DNA from: a virus
Lineage: Duplodnaviria > Caudoviricetes
Reading direction: 5' to 3' (one strand)
DNA length: 25,781 bases
IMG/VR virus record: IMGVR_UViG_3300038314_000939
Span: 1 to 25,781 of that record
The translations under genes were made by a program, and so were the position numbers. Positions 1 to 9,277 of the stretch are shown here, in pieces. The notes under the pieces were generated by a model. The model worked only from the letters and a program-made list of their open reading frames with translations, was not told the DNA's origin and searched no databases. Numbering within the stretch: position 1 is the stretch's first letter; each line of letters starts with the position of its first letter.

Positions 1-2465
1 ATATGCTTAGCCGTCTCTACACCATTGTTTGCGATATTTAAGCCACCCCAGTTCTCTATTCCGATAAACGCATCTATATCGCTGATTGACTCTACCTTCG
101 CTGCTACACCAAACTCAAAACTCTGAGAAGCGTCAATGGTCGCATCGCCACTCAAAGAGCAGCTGCTTGTCGCGCCACTGTCTAATTCGGTAGTAATAAA
201 CGGCCTGGTGATAGTTCCTGTCCCTGGAGTCTCTGTAAATCCATCTGCGCTATTCCCTAAGAAGAAGAACTCTTCAAACAAAGCGTTAGCCCTATCTTTA
301 ATCGTTGCAGCCTTCTGGCCGTTGATCACGAACTCTGCTTCACTGTCATCCCATTTCGCGTATTCCCCGCTCCCCTCTTCACCAAGAATCACATCACCTA
401 CATCTGTCCCACCTACAATCACTTCTAGTACATTATTGCCCCCAGAATCCTCAGCCAGTAGACCGGTATTAGCATCTGGAAACAACTGAACTCTCGCGCC
501 ACTAGACGCAGTGTTGTATTTCCCACCCAACTGTTTAACGCCCTGTGGAGAAATTCCCCCAGGATGCTGATAAAGCGTGTAAATTTCTAAAGCAGTCAAC
601 ACGGAGTCGTAAAGCCTAATCTCGTCTAAATGCCCATCAAATTCATTTGTTTGGTCAATGTCATTTCCGATATATAAGTCTCTTGATGAGTCATCTTCTA
701 TTGCCCCAGATGGCGTTTCATTTATCGTCAAGTTACCTAGCGCAACCCCGTTCAAATAGAATATTGGCACGTTAGATGTGCTGCTACCGTCATATGTCAC
801 GGCTACGTGAACCCATTCATTTAAAGGATAACGCGTGTTCGTGTCAGACGCCCACCTTCCACGGCTGTTTCCGCCTCCGTCAAAGTTAACAAAAAAGTTC
901 AGCCTTACACCATCCACCGTTTCGCTCCCGGTATACAAAACCCATCCATTTAAAAGCCCATTTGGCGCTTTCTGTAGAATCCTGCCTGAATGGAATCCCC
1001 CATCACTATCAATGTTCACCCAGCAGGAAACGGTTCCGCCAGTAGCAAACAGGTTATCAATGGCGGATTCAGCGGAAACAGTCACTACCTCTGGTCCTGC
1101 GTCAAAGTGAAGTGCTGTGCCTGACACACCTGTGTCATAAGTCGCACCAGTAATAACCCCGTTATTCCCGTTATTAGTCTCGTCTATCGCCGTACTTCCA
1201 GCCTGTTCATCAAAGCTCCAATACGCAGCAAGGTTTTCGTCAGACGGCATCGTATTCAAAGTAGACCCAGCCTTAACCGTCACTGTACCTGAAACCCTTA
1301 ACCCATTGGTCGTGTCATACGTTAAAGAATCATTAGTAACTCCAACTCCTATACCATATGCGTCCGCAACGTAACCTAGGAATCCGTTCAAGTTACCTAG
1401 CCTCAAGTGCGTGGTAATCGTGCTCCAAGGTGAACCAGCGTGTTCAAATATAGAAACAAATGGAGCATTAGTATCATTAGCTGTAATGAACACTCCACCC
1501 TGCCCAGATGGGCCAAAATTAACTACCGCCGTACCCTTCTGCCAAGCTGGATTAGAGTCAGCCGCATATCCTGCACCCTCATCTCTTGTGACTACATAGG
1601 TTGGCGCTGAACCTATATTAGTAACCGTCATCCACTCATCGTCTGCTCCTGATTTTATTCTAATAATATCATTTACTGCGAATGTGACATCTCCACTAAT
1701 CGTTAAAGTACTCGCATCTAAAGCAGTCATATCAGCATCTAAAACATCAGACCCTATCACTACTACTATATCCCCACTTACTGCAGATATGTTATTAGTA
1801 ACAAAGTTTGCTGTTTGAAATTTACCCCTAGCTGAAATGTTCCCTACTTCTAATAAGTCTGGTTCTAAAGTGAACCCTGCACCCAGTGCCCCTGATACAT
1901 AATTGCTAGACCTTATCCTTAAATTACCACCGTCTATAGCTATATTATCTCCTGCAGTAAGCCCTACCTGTAAATTAGATTTTAAAAACCCGCTACCATT
2001 TGCCAAAAAATACACCTCTGCGTTCTCATTACTTGAGGTAAAATCACTCTGAGTAGCTCCTATCCACATATTCCCAGTTGTATCAACATGAAAACTGCTA
2101 TCAGTCGTATCAAGATCTGGTATATGAATCGAACCAGCTACTAACGAACCCGTAATGGTTAAGGTGGATCCGTCCCATGTCATCTTATCCCCAGCACTAT
2201 CTCCTATGAAAAATTTATAAGCACTGCCGTCATTCCCCAGCCAAAACCCTGTCCCTGCATCATACCCTGTTGCCCCACCCTTAACGTACTGGTTCACCAG
2301 TAAAGTATCTATCGAGGTCTTATCATAAGGGATTGAGTTATCAGGAATTACCGCCTCTAAATTAGGTATAGAAATAGGGGCTTGTGGTGGTGTTAACCCA
2401 TTACCTTTTTGTAAATCCTGGTCCTTCCTGTTATGGACGAAGCCCAGTGAGAGTATTGTAGGCAA
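1..2465 (-). CDS. Tail/receptor-binding protein with LamG (concanavalin A-like) domain, 3'-partial (at least 821 aa)
   Basis: Not in the ORF track because it has no stop inside the window. Hand translation from TTG at 2465 (LPTILSLGFVHNRKDQ...) stays open to the window edge. LamG domain at about 1250-565 (AAYWSFDEQAGSTAID...LNEWVHVAVTYDG...FDGHLDEIRLYDSVLT). The start codon is uncertain. Confidence 0.88.
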   Translation of the reverse strand, partial: MPTILSLGFVHNRKDQDLQKGNGLTPPQAPISIPNLEAVIPDNSIPYDKTSIDTLLVNQYVKGGATGYDAGTGFWLGNDGSAYKFFIGDSAGDKMTWDGSTLTITGSLVAGSIHIPDLDTTDSSFHVDTTGNMWIGATQSDFTSSNENAEVYFLANGSGFLKSNLQVGLTAGDNIAIDGGNLRIRSSNYVSGALGAGFTLEPDLLEVGNISARGKFQTANFVTNNISAVSGDIVVVIGSDVLDADMTALDASTLTISGDVTFAVNDIIRIKSGADDEWMTVTNIGSAPTYVVTRDEGAGYAADSNPAWQKGTAVVNFGPSGQGGVFITANDTNAPFVSIFEHAGSPWSTITTHLRLGNLNGFLGYVADAYGIGVGVTNDSLTYDTTNGLRVSGTVTVKAGSTLNTMPSDENLAAYWSFDEQAGSTAIDETNNGNNGVITGATYDTGVSGTALHFDAGPEVVTVSAESAIDNLFATGGTVSCWVNIDSDGGFHSGRILQKAPNGLLNGWVLYTGSETVDGVRLNFFVNFDGGGNSRGRWASDTNTRYPLNEWVHVAVTYDGSSTSNVPIFYLNGVALGNLTINETPSGAIEDDSSRDLYIGNDIDQTNEFDGHLDEIRLYDSVLTALEIYTLYQHPGGISPQGVKQLGGKYNTASSGARVQLFPDANTGLLAEDSGGNNVLEVIVGGTDVGDVILGEEGSGEYAKWDDSEAEFVINGQKAATIKDRANALFEEFFFLGNSADGFTETPGTGTITRPFITTELDSGATSSCSLSGDATIDASQSFEFGVAAKVESISDIDAFIGIENWGGLNIANNGVETAKH

Positions 2466-2471
2466 ATTATA

Positions 2472-3956
2472 TTAGTTAAGTATGTCAGATTGTTTTTCAA
2501 CGTCCATTGCAAATCCAAAAAATGACCAAAAAGGATTACTCCCGTATTCTGATCCTGCTACTTGTAGCAACACTCCTCCTTCAGCTTCCACATCAAATGT
2601 GCTTACGTATTGCGTCAGCTCTCCCAGCTCAATGTATTCTGTTAACGCACGTGAGTTTTTATCAACAACCCTGTACTTCAACTTTAATCCTCCAGCTCTT
2701 TCTGCAAAGGCATGGATCTCTTTTATACGTTTGTTAAAACTAACGTCCCCTAAAAATATAGGAGCTAATTCAAAATTGGCAGCAATCGAAACCCCTGATC
2801 CGCTAACTGTTGTGTCAGTATAAACAAGGCTTGTATCAGTATATTTACTTTTATCCCATACATTCCCGTCATCATCACCCATATACCTTCTCAATTTCCC
2901 GCTATCATTAAAACGAGCAAATATGGTCATATTATCTGTATTCTCTCTCCACCTCCATGTTTGAGTAGGGATATTAAAAATCAGTTCAGTATTGCTATAA
3001 GCCACCCCGTTCACTGTTACGTCTCCTACATATAGTATGTATTCTTCGTCAATCAATTCAGCAAAGAAATTATTTGGAGTACCGTTTCTAAAGAAATCTA
3101 TTACATTACCAGCTATATTCTGTGGGTAACCTCCGCTCACAGATAGCCAAACCCCATCCCTATTAGCCCAGAACATATACTCTCCCTGGGTTCTTATAGT
3201 TCTATGGTTAGAACAACCTATGTCCCAAACCTTCTTCTTTTGTTCCTGATTGTAGATGTATGCACTATATTCAGTAAATATAACTAATCTGTCCCAGTTT
3301 TCTCCTAACCCTGTTATCTGTTCACTATAGTCCACATCAATAAAGTCACTCGCAACAGTCCATGTTATCGCCCCTGCGGACGGGACACTAGAGAAATAAA
3401 CCCTATAAGGATAAGCTGTTCCCGCACTGTCGCAATTACCTAAGTACAGTCTGTCCCTGTATCTTTTAATATATTTCGCCCCTGGCATATTAGTAACATT
3501 TACAGCGTCTGACCACGTTGTGCCAGTCAAGCTCCCTACAGGCAAAAATCCGTCTGTGTCCCCATGACCTACAAAGAAACAGTATCCGATAAAGTTCTCC
3601 ATTTCTACGTTTATATCCTCGTACCCATTCCATGTAGCTTCTGCCCCAGCTATCTCCGTCCACGCTCCAGCAGCTGTTTTATAAAACAACTGAGTATCGT
3701 CGTCCCCATCTGCGTCATTTACGGTGGCTAACATCTTCTCTGTGCCTGGTACTTGCCTAAAATTAAATAACCCAGTTATGCTCTTACTAGCCTGAATTTG
3801 TGTGCTAACCCTACTATATCCCAGATCTTTCACCAAAGCTCCCAGCTTATACGCCGGATTACAGCCATTTAAAACCACAGCCGTCCCCTCTGGCATTAAG
3901 AATGGTGACACATTCGTATTTACTCCTCCGAGTTGATTGAAATTTTGTATTAACAT
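2472..3956 (-). CDS. Tail nozzle / head-stabilisation protein (beta-propeller; P22 gp10 / T7 gp12-like role)
   Basis: 494 aa. N-terminal NFNQLGGVNT motif and propeller-like repeats (YRDRLYLG, VYFSS, EQITGLGENWDRLVIFTE, FWANRDGVW). Directly follows the adaptor-like gene. Confidence 0.7.
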   Translation of the reverse strand: MLIQNFNQLGGVNTNVSPFLMPEGTAVVLNGCNPAYKLGALVKDLGYSRVSTQIQASKSITGLFNFRQVPGTEKMLATVNDADGDDDTQLFYKTAAGAWTEIAGAEATWNGYEDINVEMENFIGYCFFVGHGDTDGFLPVGSLTGTTWSDAVNVTNMPGAKYIKRYRDRLYLGNCDSAGTAYPYRVYFSSVPSAGAITWTVASDFIDVDYSEQITGLGENWDRLVIFTEYSAYIYNQEQKKKVWDIGCSNHRTIRTQGEYMFWANRDGVWLSVSGGYPQNIAGNVIDFFRNGTPNNFFAELIDEEYILYVGDVTVNGVAYSNTELIFNIPTQTWRWRENTDNMTIFARFNDSGKLRRYMGDDDGNVWDKSKYTDTSLVYTDTTVSGSGVSIAANFELAPIFLGDVSFNKRIKEIHAFAERAGGLKLKYRVVDKNSRALTEYIELGELTQYVSTFDVEAEGGVLLQVAGSEYGSNPFWSFFGFAMDVEKQSDILN

Positions 3957-5471
3957 TTACCAAGTATAGTTATTATTTCTATTAGTGATCTTGCCCCCCC
4001 CTGGTGAATAATCCTCATAATAATGATAGGTATATTCATCAGTAGTTGGAGCCTTGTTCTTTAAAGCGTTTGAAAGCACTGCATTATTAAATACCTGCAT
4101 TAACTCTAAAGCTTTCTCGACATTCCCCTTTCTTCTTTCTATCATCGAGCCAATATAGTATTGGAACACATTAGTAAAAGGGATTGGTGTAGTATCAGAA
4201 GCCTCTGTTAATCTTGTAAGTTCTTTAAAGAATCTTATATATACGGGCCAGCCATCGTAATCAGAATTTACTGGAACCTCAAACTTCATGTTCTCTTGAT
4301 CTATGGCATACTTTCTAGGTAACGCCGGTGTCACCCCTTGCCATACTGGGGTGTCCACTAAATTCTGCGCTGTAATTGACCCTGCACCTGCCGCAGGTAT
4401 CCCCGCAAACGTAGTTGAGTTCGTCTTACTTGTATAAGTGAGCGTATCACCACCCAAGTACAATGTTCCAGCGTCATCAAATATCAAAGTGGAATCTACC
4501 ACCAAAGTCGTGTCTCCGATCTCTGCCTGTGTCGCTACCAGGGTTTTAGCCTGACTAGTCTGTAAATCAACATAGTCATCTAAACTCATTCTCATCGCTG
4601 GCGTCTTGTCTCCTATCGAAACAGATATAATACTTCTATCTGAATTAGGGTATTTCATGCTAATCGCTGCCAAGCTATAGCTATTCTCGTTAGTGCTTAA
4701 AGTTATATTAGTTTTATCGCTAGAAACCTCAAAGTCCCAATCCATTTGCATATATTCTCCACTCGTAGGGTCCTGATATACGAATTGTGAGATAGCTGAC
4801 TGTGCGTCGTTTGCCCATTCTACACACATTTCTCTCGTAATTACGTTGCTAATCCTACTACCGGTTATCCGTAAAGCTTGATTAATAAAGTTCTCAACAG
4901 AATTATAAACCAAACCAGCAGCAGCAACGTAGTCACTCGCATCACTAGTCGTGGTCCCATCGGTGAATTTGACATAATAATAAGCATAAGATGTATCAGT
5001 AGTAGCCTGGAGCGTATATTCAGTATAAGGTCTGTCCCACTGGACCATTTGAGCGTCAGCCAATTGTCGACCAGAAGCTGTCTTTGCGTCAATGGACTCT
5101 ATAATGGTTCCTGCTCCACCGTCAGTTGCAGCCCCGTATATAGTTATTCCTCTCTCGTTGATCTTCGTAACTTTGGCATCCAATTCGTGGTCAAAGGAGA
5201 AGTGATTAGTAACAGCTATTGTTGATCCCCTTGTAACAGCGTCATCCCCTACTGTTGTTTCAGTTTGATTATCCCCGATTGAACCAACAACCATCCAATC
5301 CGCATTAGCGAACCCGTCGTTATCTAGTACCGTTATAGACTCTGCTGCCGCTAATGCGGGCGCAGCTAAAGTAGTACTTATATTCCCAGATATATCCGGG
5401 TGAGCGATACGAAGGGTGCTTCCTGTAATGTTTATGATTTTTGGCTTTTGTAAAACTTGACTAGTTGCCAT
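3957..5471 (-). CDS. Head-tail adaptor (P22 gp4 / T7 gp11-like role) with extra beta-rich domains
   Basis: 504 aa. Adaptor-like helical core (FINQALRITG...EWANDAQSAISQ...WDF...SYSL...PRKYAI...TPIPFTNVFQYY). Lies just upstream of the nozzle gene. Confidence 0.6.
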   Translation of the reverse strand: MATSQVLQKPKIINITGSTLRIAHPDISGNISTTLAAPALAAAESITVLDNDGFANADWMVVGSIGDNQTETTVGDDAVTRGSTIAVTNHFSFDHELDAKVTKINERGITIYGAATDGGAGTIIESIDAKTASGRQLADAQMVQWDRPYTEYTLQATTDTSYAYYYVKFTDGTTTSDASDYVAAAGLVYNSVENFINQALRITGSRISNVITREMCVEWANDAQSAISQFVYQDPTSGEYMQMDWDFEVSSDKTNITLSTNENSYSLAAISMKYPNSDRSIISVSIGDKTPAMRMSLDDYVDLQTSQAKTLVATQAEIGDTTLVVDSTLIFDDAGTLYLGGDTLTYTSKTNSTTFAGIPAAGAGSITAQNLVDTPVWQGVTPALPRKYAIDQENMKFEVPVNSDYDGWPVYIRFFKELTRLTEASDTTPIPFTNVFQYYIGSMIERRKGNVEKALELMQVFNNAVLSNALKNKAPTTDEYTYHYYEDYSPGGGKITNRNNNYTW

Positions 5472-5472
5472 G

Positions 5473-5751
5473 TTATCTTTGGATTATTATATAAATTACT
5501 CCTATTAAATTTGAAATCATTGTTGTCCACATAAACCACTGATTCTTCTTCAACCATGATATCTCCGTCCCCAGATTCCCCAGCTTGTTTTCCATCGTGG
5601 AAATCTTTTCCGCCATATGCGCTAAATGATTCTCCCTTATATTATCAATTGTTACCATGATCAAACGGTTAGTTTCGTGCAAATTCGAAAGTTCCTTCTT
5701 TGTGCATTCCTGAAAGGATCTGAACTTACTTTCTAAAATTTTGTCAGCCAT
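5473..5751 (-). CDS. Coiled-coil protein with C-terminal transmembrane helix (XhlA/holin-like)
   Basis: 92 aa. Heptad-like middle (ENHLAHMAEKISTMENKLGNL) and hydrophobic tail WFMWTTMISNLIGVIYIII. Confidence 0.55.
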   Translation of the reverse strand: MADKILESKFRSFQECTKKELSNLHETNRLIMVTIDNIRENHLAHMAEKISTMENKLGNLGTEISWLKKNQWFMWTTMISNLIGVIYIIIQR

Positions 5752-5754
5752 ATA

Positions 5755-7659
5755 TTAAAGTGGTGATTGAATTGTTGGATAAAATTTAAAATTCCTAACC
5801 TTGTCTCCGGCATCTAATTCCAAAACCAAGAAAGAAGAATTGACTAGGGTGGTGTCTGTTCCTGTATCAATAGAAACCTCATTCACAAAAACCTCAAAAC
5901 TTCCTGAAGAATCTCTGGTTATAACCACCCTTACAAATTCGTCTGTAGCAATGACGCCCGTTGCCGTAGAGAATATGGTCGTGGACCCTCCGCCCGTAAT
6001 TCTTCTTAAGAAAATAGCCTCATTTGCCGTTATAGTCATTTGATAACCAAGCGCAGCGTTCCCTGCCTGAACTGAATCCATTACGAATCCTATTAAAGGA
6101 TTTGATGCAGCATCCTTGCTTAACTCAAACTCCCACGTTCCAAATGCTTGCTGGCTTGAAACAGATATAATTCCCGCACCTACACACGTAATCTGCTTGC
6201 CAGCACTAGTTGAGTCGTCTACCTGCCAAGTTCCGCTAGTTATTTCAAATCCTGTGTTCTCTAGGAAATCAGCGGTCACGTTTGCCGTACTCACACTCCA
6301 GTCTTCTCCCGTATAATTTAAGTCTACTCTCTTTTGCCCTTGTTCATATAATTGAGTTACTTGTGCTGCTGTAAGTTCTGTGTCCCACAGTTGTACTTGG
6401 TCTATTGCACCATCAAAAGTTCTTGTCTCACCAGCATTGTTGCCGATAATCAAATTACTGGCAGCATCTGTAGCGAAGGTGTTTCCATCCGTGGGCGTTG
6501 ATGTGCTATCTAACGCAACAGATTGCCCATTGACATAAACAATAGGGACATTTGAAAAGACACTGGCATCATAGGTGACAACTACATGATTCCACGCATT
6601 TAAGGCAATTTCACGATTAGTCGTCGCCCTGGTCAGATCAGCCCCTGACCACACTACGGTAAACGACATTTCAGCAAAACCTGAAACCTCCGAATCAATT
6701 CGTAGCAACCAGTTACTTTTGTCGGCCAACCGAGCGATGCTAGACTCACCATCGCTTCTTGGCTTGATCCAAATTGAAATCGAACCTCCTGTCGCCCAAA
6801 TGTCATCTATTGATGTATCCGACCCGCAGTCTACCAATCCACTATCTTCATCGAAATCACAAGCTCTACCAAAAAACCCTTCAATATCAGCTACAGGCGG
6901 TGTTATATCCCCATCATTCCCGTTCCCACTTACATCTGAAACCGTAGCTCCAGATAGATTCATATCTAATTTCAATTGCAAATTAGCCGAAGCTATATCT
7001 TCTGTCTGTTCTGGTATACGTGTAGCCGTAGGTATATGCGTAAGGTGCGCTTCTTGCATCCATTCGTTGTAGAGTTGTGACATTTGCTGCTCAGATAATT
7101 CAGTATCAAAATAAATAATTTCATTAATCGCATTATTCACTGGACTACCCAAAGAACTAGAATTACACAAAGTAATAGCTGCATCATCAGCAGTAATAGT
7201 TAATGCAGAATTACCATCACCAACTTTTACTCCATCACGATAAAACTTAGGAGTACTACCACTAGTTAAAGTAAAAGCAATCATTGAACGAGCAGTAATA
7301 CTCACTGCTAAAGAAGAAGTAGTTGAACCATCAAAAACTCTTAATTGAGAAGAAGTCATAAAAAAATCTACGTGCGTACCACCTACATCACGCTTATAAA
7401 AAAATCGATCATTTGTTTGACGAACAAACTCACCAAATAATACCACCGTCATATTAGTAGCTTGTAATTCTGCACTATCAGCAACCGTAACTGCTGCAGT
7501 ACCTTGAAACATTAAAGACTTACCAAAACGATTAGTTTGCCAATAAGGAACATTAGTAAAAGTTCCATCATTAGAATTACCACTTTGGTCAGCAATACTC
7601 CCAGTACGGAAATCCCAATGGCCTAAAGTATTTGAAGCTAATTGTTGTTTTAATGACAT
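5755..7659 (-). CDS. Virion protein with two LamG domains and a third beta-sandwich domain
   Basis: 634 aa. GHWDF..GSIADQSGNSNDG, DVSGNGNDG, WNHVVVTYD and FDGAIDQVQLWDTELTAAQV are LamG-like signatures. Confidence 0.85.
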   Translation of the reverse strand: MSLKQQLASNTLGHWDFRTGSIADQSGNSNDGTFTNVPYWQTNRFGKSLMFQGTAAVTVADSAELQATNMTVVLFGEFVRQTNDRFFYKRDVGGTHVDFFMTSSQLRVFDGSTTSSLAVSITARSMIAFTLTSGSTPKFYRDGVKVGDGNSALTITADDAAITLCNSSSLGSPVNNAINEIIYFDTELSEQQMSQLYNEWMQEAHLTHIPTATRIPEQTEDIASANLQLKLDMNLSGATVSDVSGNGNDGDITPPVADIEGFFGRACDFDEDSGLVDCGSDTSIDDIWATGGSISIWIKPRSDGESSIARLADKSNWLLRIDSEVSGFAEMSFTVVWSGADLTRATTNREIALNAWNHVVVTYDASVFSNVPIVYVNGQSVALDSTSTPTDGNTFATDAASNLIIGNNAGETRTFDGAIDQVQLWDTELTAAQVTQLYEQGQKRVDLNYTGEDWSVSTANVTADFLENTGFEITSGTWQVDDSTSAGKQITCVGAGIISVSSQQAFGTWEFELSKDAASNPLIGFVMDSVQAGNAALGYQMTITANEAIFLRRITGGGSTTIFSTATGVIATDEFVRVVITRDSSGSFEVFVNEVSIDTGTDTTLVNSSFLVLELDAGDKVRNFKFYPTIQSPL

Positions 7660-7660
7660 T

Positions 7661-8965
7661 TTAAAGGTTTATTAGTTTTAAGTCTCTACGGTGAATTTCT
7701 CTTACTTGAGTTGGTGTAAACGTCGCATTAAAAATTTTAGGCGTATAAATCTCGCCATTAAAATATCTGTTTATAGGGCTGTTAGTTGTTGCCCCTATCC
7801 GTATGGGGCCAGTAGACTCTCCCAGCGTATGCGATCTAGCTACCTCTGAAGATAGTTCCCCATTTATATAGAAAGTTACAGTTGTTCCAGTGTATGTCAC
7901 GGCTACATGACGCAAGACTCCGTCATCCACTACCATCCCAGAAGAATCCAATGTAAAAGTACTCGCGACCCCATCTGCTGCATAAAACGCCAATACTCCT
8001 GATCCCGCAGGATCAAGTTCAAACCCAAATCCTGTAAAAGGATTAGCTGATTCAAAATTGTCTATGATAGCTCCAGTTGAAGTGCTTGTCTTAATCCATG
8101 CCATTGCAGTCACATTACCGTCAGCAATAGACTGGCTTGCTCCTTGTATATAGTCTCCCCCATCAAAACTCATCCCATGCGGCGTTAATTGTGTAGGGAA
8201 AGTTCCTGCCGTACTTCCATCTCCTAACTGCACCGTTCCGCCCAGGTTGCCAATATTCTCAGTTACCTGATCATCACCATCGTTATAATGACTTCTTAAT
8301 GGTAGACTTACTAAAGCTTTTGATTCATCTATTTCCCGATACGTTGTCTGATTGGAGAGATCTACGACCTCTGCCGCCGTTACTGCTTGAGCTAGAATCA
8401 TAACAAAAGATATATTGCCCGCAAAACTAGCAGTCGGCCCTTCACCTACCCTAACCGTAAATTCCGTTGTTGGCACACCAATAATGCTACCGCCAGCAAC
8501 AGCAGTAGACACTAAAAGCCCCGTGTTCTTATAAAGTGAAAGTGTTGTTCCATCCCAGGTAAGGGTTACCACCTGGGCGGCATCTAGGTCTAAAGCAGAA
8601 ATAATAGTGTAGTAATTAGATCCAGCGGCATTGTTAATTTGCACTACAGCATTCCCATCACTTCTTCTTATGGCCATTAATATAGTGTGATTCGCGTCTA
8701 TCCTGTAAGCAAAAAATCTCCTAAAAGTCGTGTCTGGCGCTAAGGTAGTAGTTGCCAATCCAAGCACAATAGTAAATCCATTATCCCATAAATCGTAAAA
8801 GTACCCTGGATAAGAAGCGCCACCATTACCTACGCAAACAAGATTTCCTCCACTTATCGAAGCACCCCCATTAAGAGTTCCCCCGTTGTCCACGGCTCCG
8901 CTTATGTTGTCGTAACTGTCTCTTAGCAACACTTCCGACGACTTTATCCTAGGATATTTTGCCAT
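7661..8965 (-). CDS. Virion protein with two LamG domains
   Basis: 434 aa. VVTLTWDGTTLSLYKN...FAGNI and MSFDGGDYI...RHVAVTYTGTTVTFYING...YFNGEIYTPKIFN. Confidence 0.85.
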   Translation of the reverse strand: MAKYPRIKSSEVLLRDSYDNISGAVDNGGTLNGGASISGGNLVCVGNGGASYPGYFYDLWDNGFTIVLGLATTTLAPDTTFRRFFAYRIDANHTILMAIRRSDGNAVVQINNAAGSNYYTIISALDLDAAQVVTLTWDGTTLSLYKNTGLLVSTAVAGGSIIGVPTTEFTVRVGEGPTASFAGNISFVMILAQAVTAAEVVDLSNQTTYREIDESKALVSLPLRSHYNDGDDQVTENIGNLGGTVQLGDGSTAGTFPTQLTPHGMSFDGGDYIQGASQSIADGNVTAMAWIKTSTSTGAIIDNFESANPFTGFGFELDPAGSGVLAFYAADGVASTFTLDSSGMVVDDGVLRHVAVTYTGTTVTFYINGELSSEVARSHTLGESTGPIRIGATTNSPINRYFNGEIYTPKIFNATFTPTQVREIHRRDLKLINL

Positions 8966-9258
8966 TATTCTTCTTCGTTAGGTGCTACTGTTTTAAACTC
9001 CTCCCACAATTGTTTCACCTGATCTACCGTCAAACCACTAGCGTCAGCAGCGTTAGTAAATTTTGTGAACTCCTCTTTATCTGTTGGATAAGAACTCTTA
9101 CCAAACCACGGAAGATAAGGCCACAAGCTGTCAACTTTCTCCTGCGTAATAGTAGGATCTTTTGCCTTCACTTTAGCGGCAGGTTTCGCCGCCTCTTTAG
9201 CAGCCAAGACATCTGCCTCTGTCTTGTATTTACTTAATTTCGTTTTTGAGTAATCCAT
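8965..9258 (-). CDS. Hypothetical protein (97 aa)
   Basis: ATG start with an AT-rich leader. Stop overlaps the next start (TAATG). Lys/Ala-rich N-half. Confidence 0.75.
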   Translation of the reverse strand: MDYSKTKLSKYKTEADVLAAKEAAKPAAKVKAKDPTITQEKVDSLWPYLPWFGKSSYPTDKEEFTKFTNAADASGLTVDQVKQLWEEFKTVAPNEEE

Positions 9259-9277
9259 GTTTATTAGTTAATTAATA

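Noticed and set aside
565-8965. Diversity-generating retroelement acting on the LamG domains
   Set aside because: There is no reverse transcriptase, and I saw no near-identical repeat pair differing at adenines. The similarity is at protein level only.
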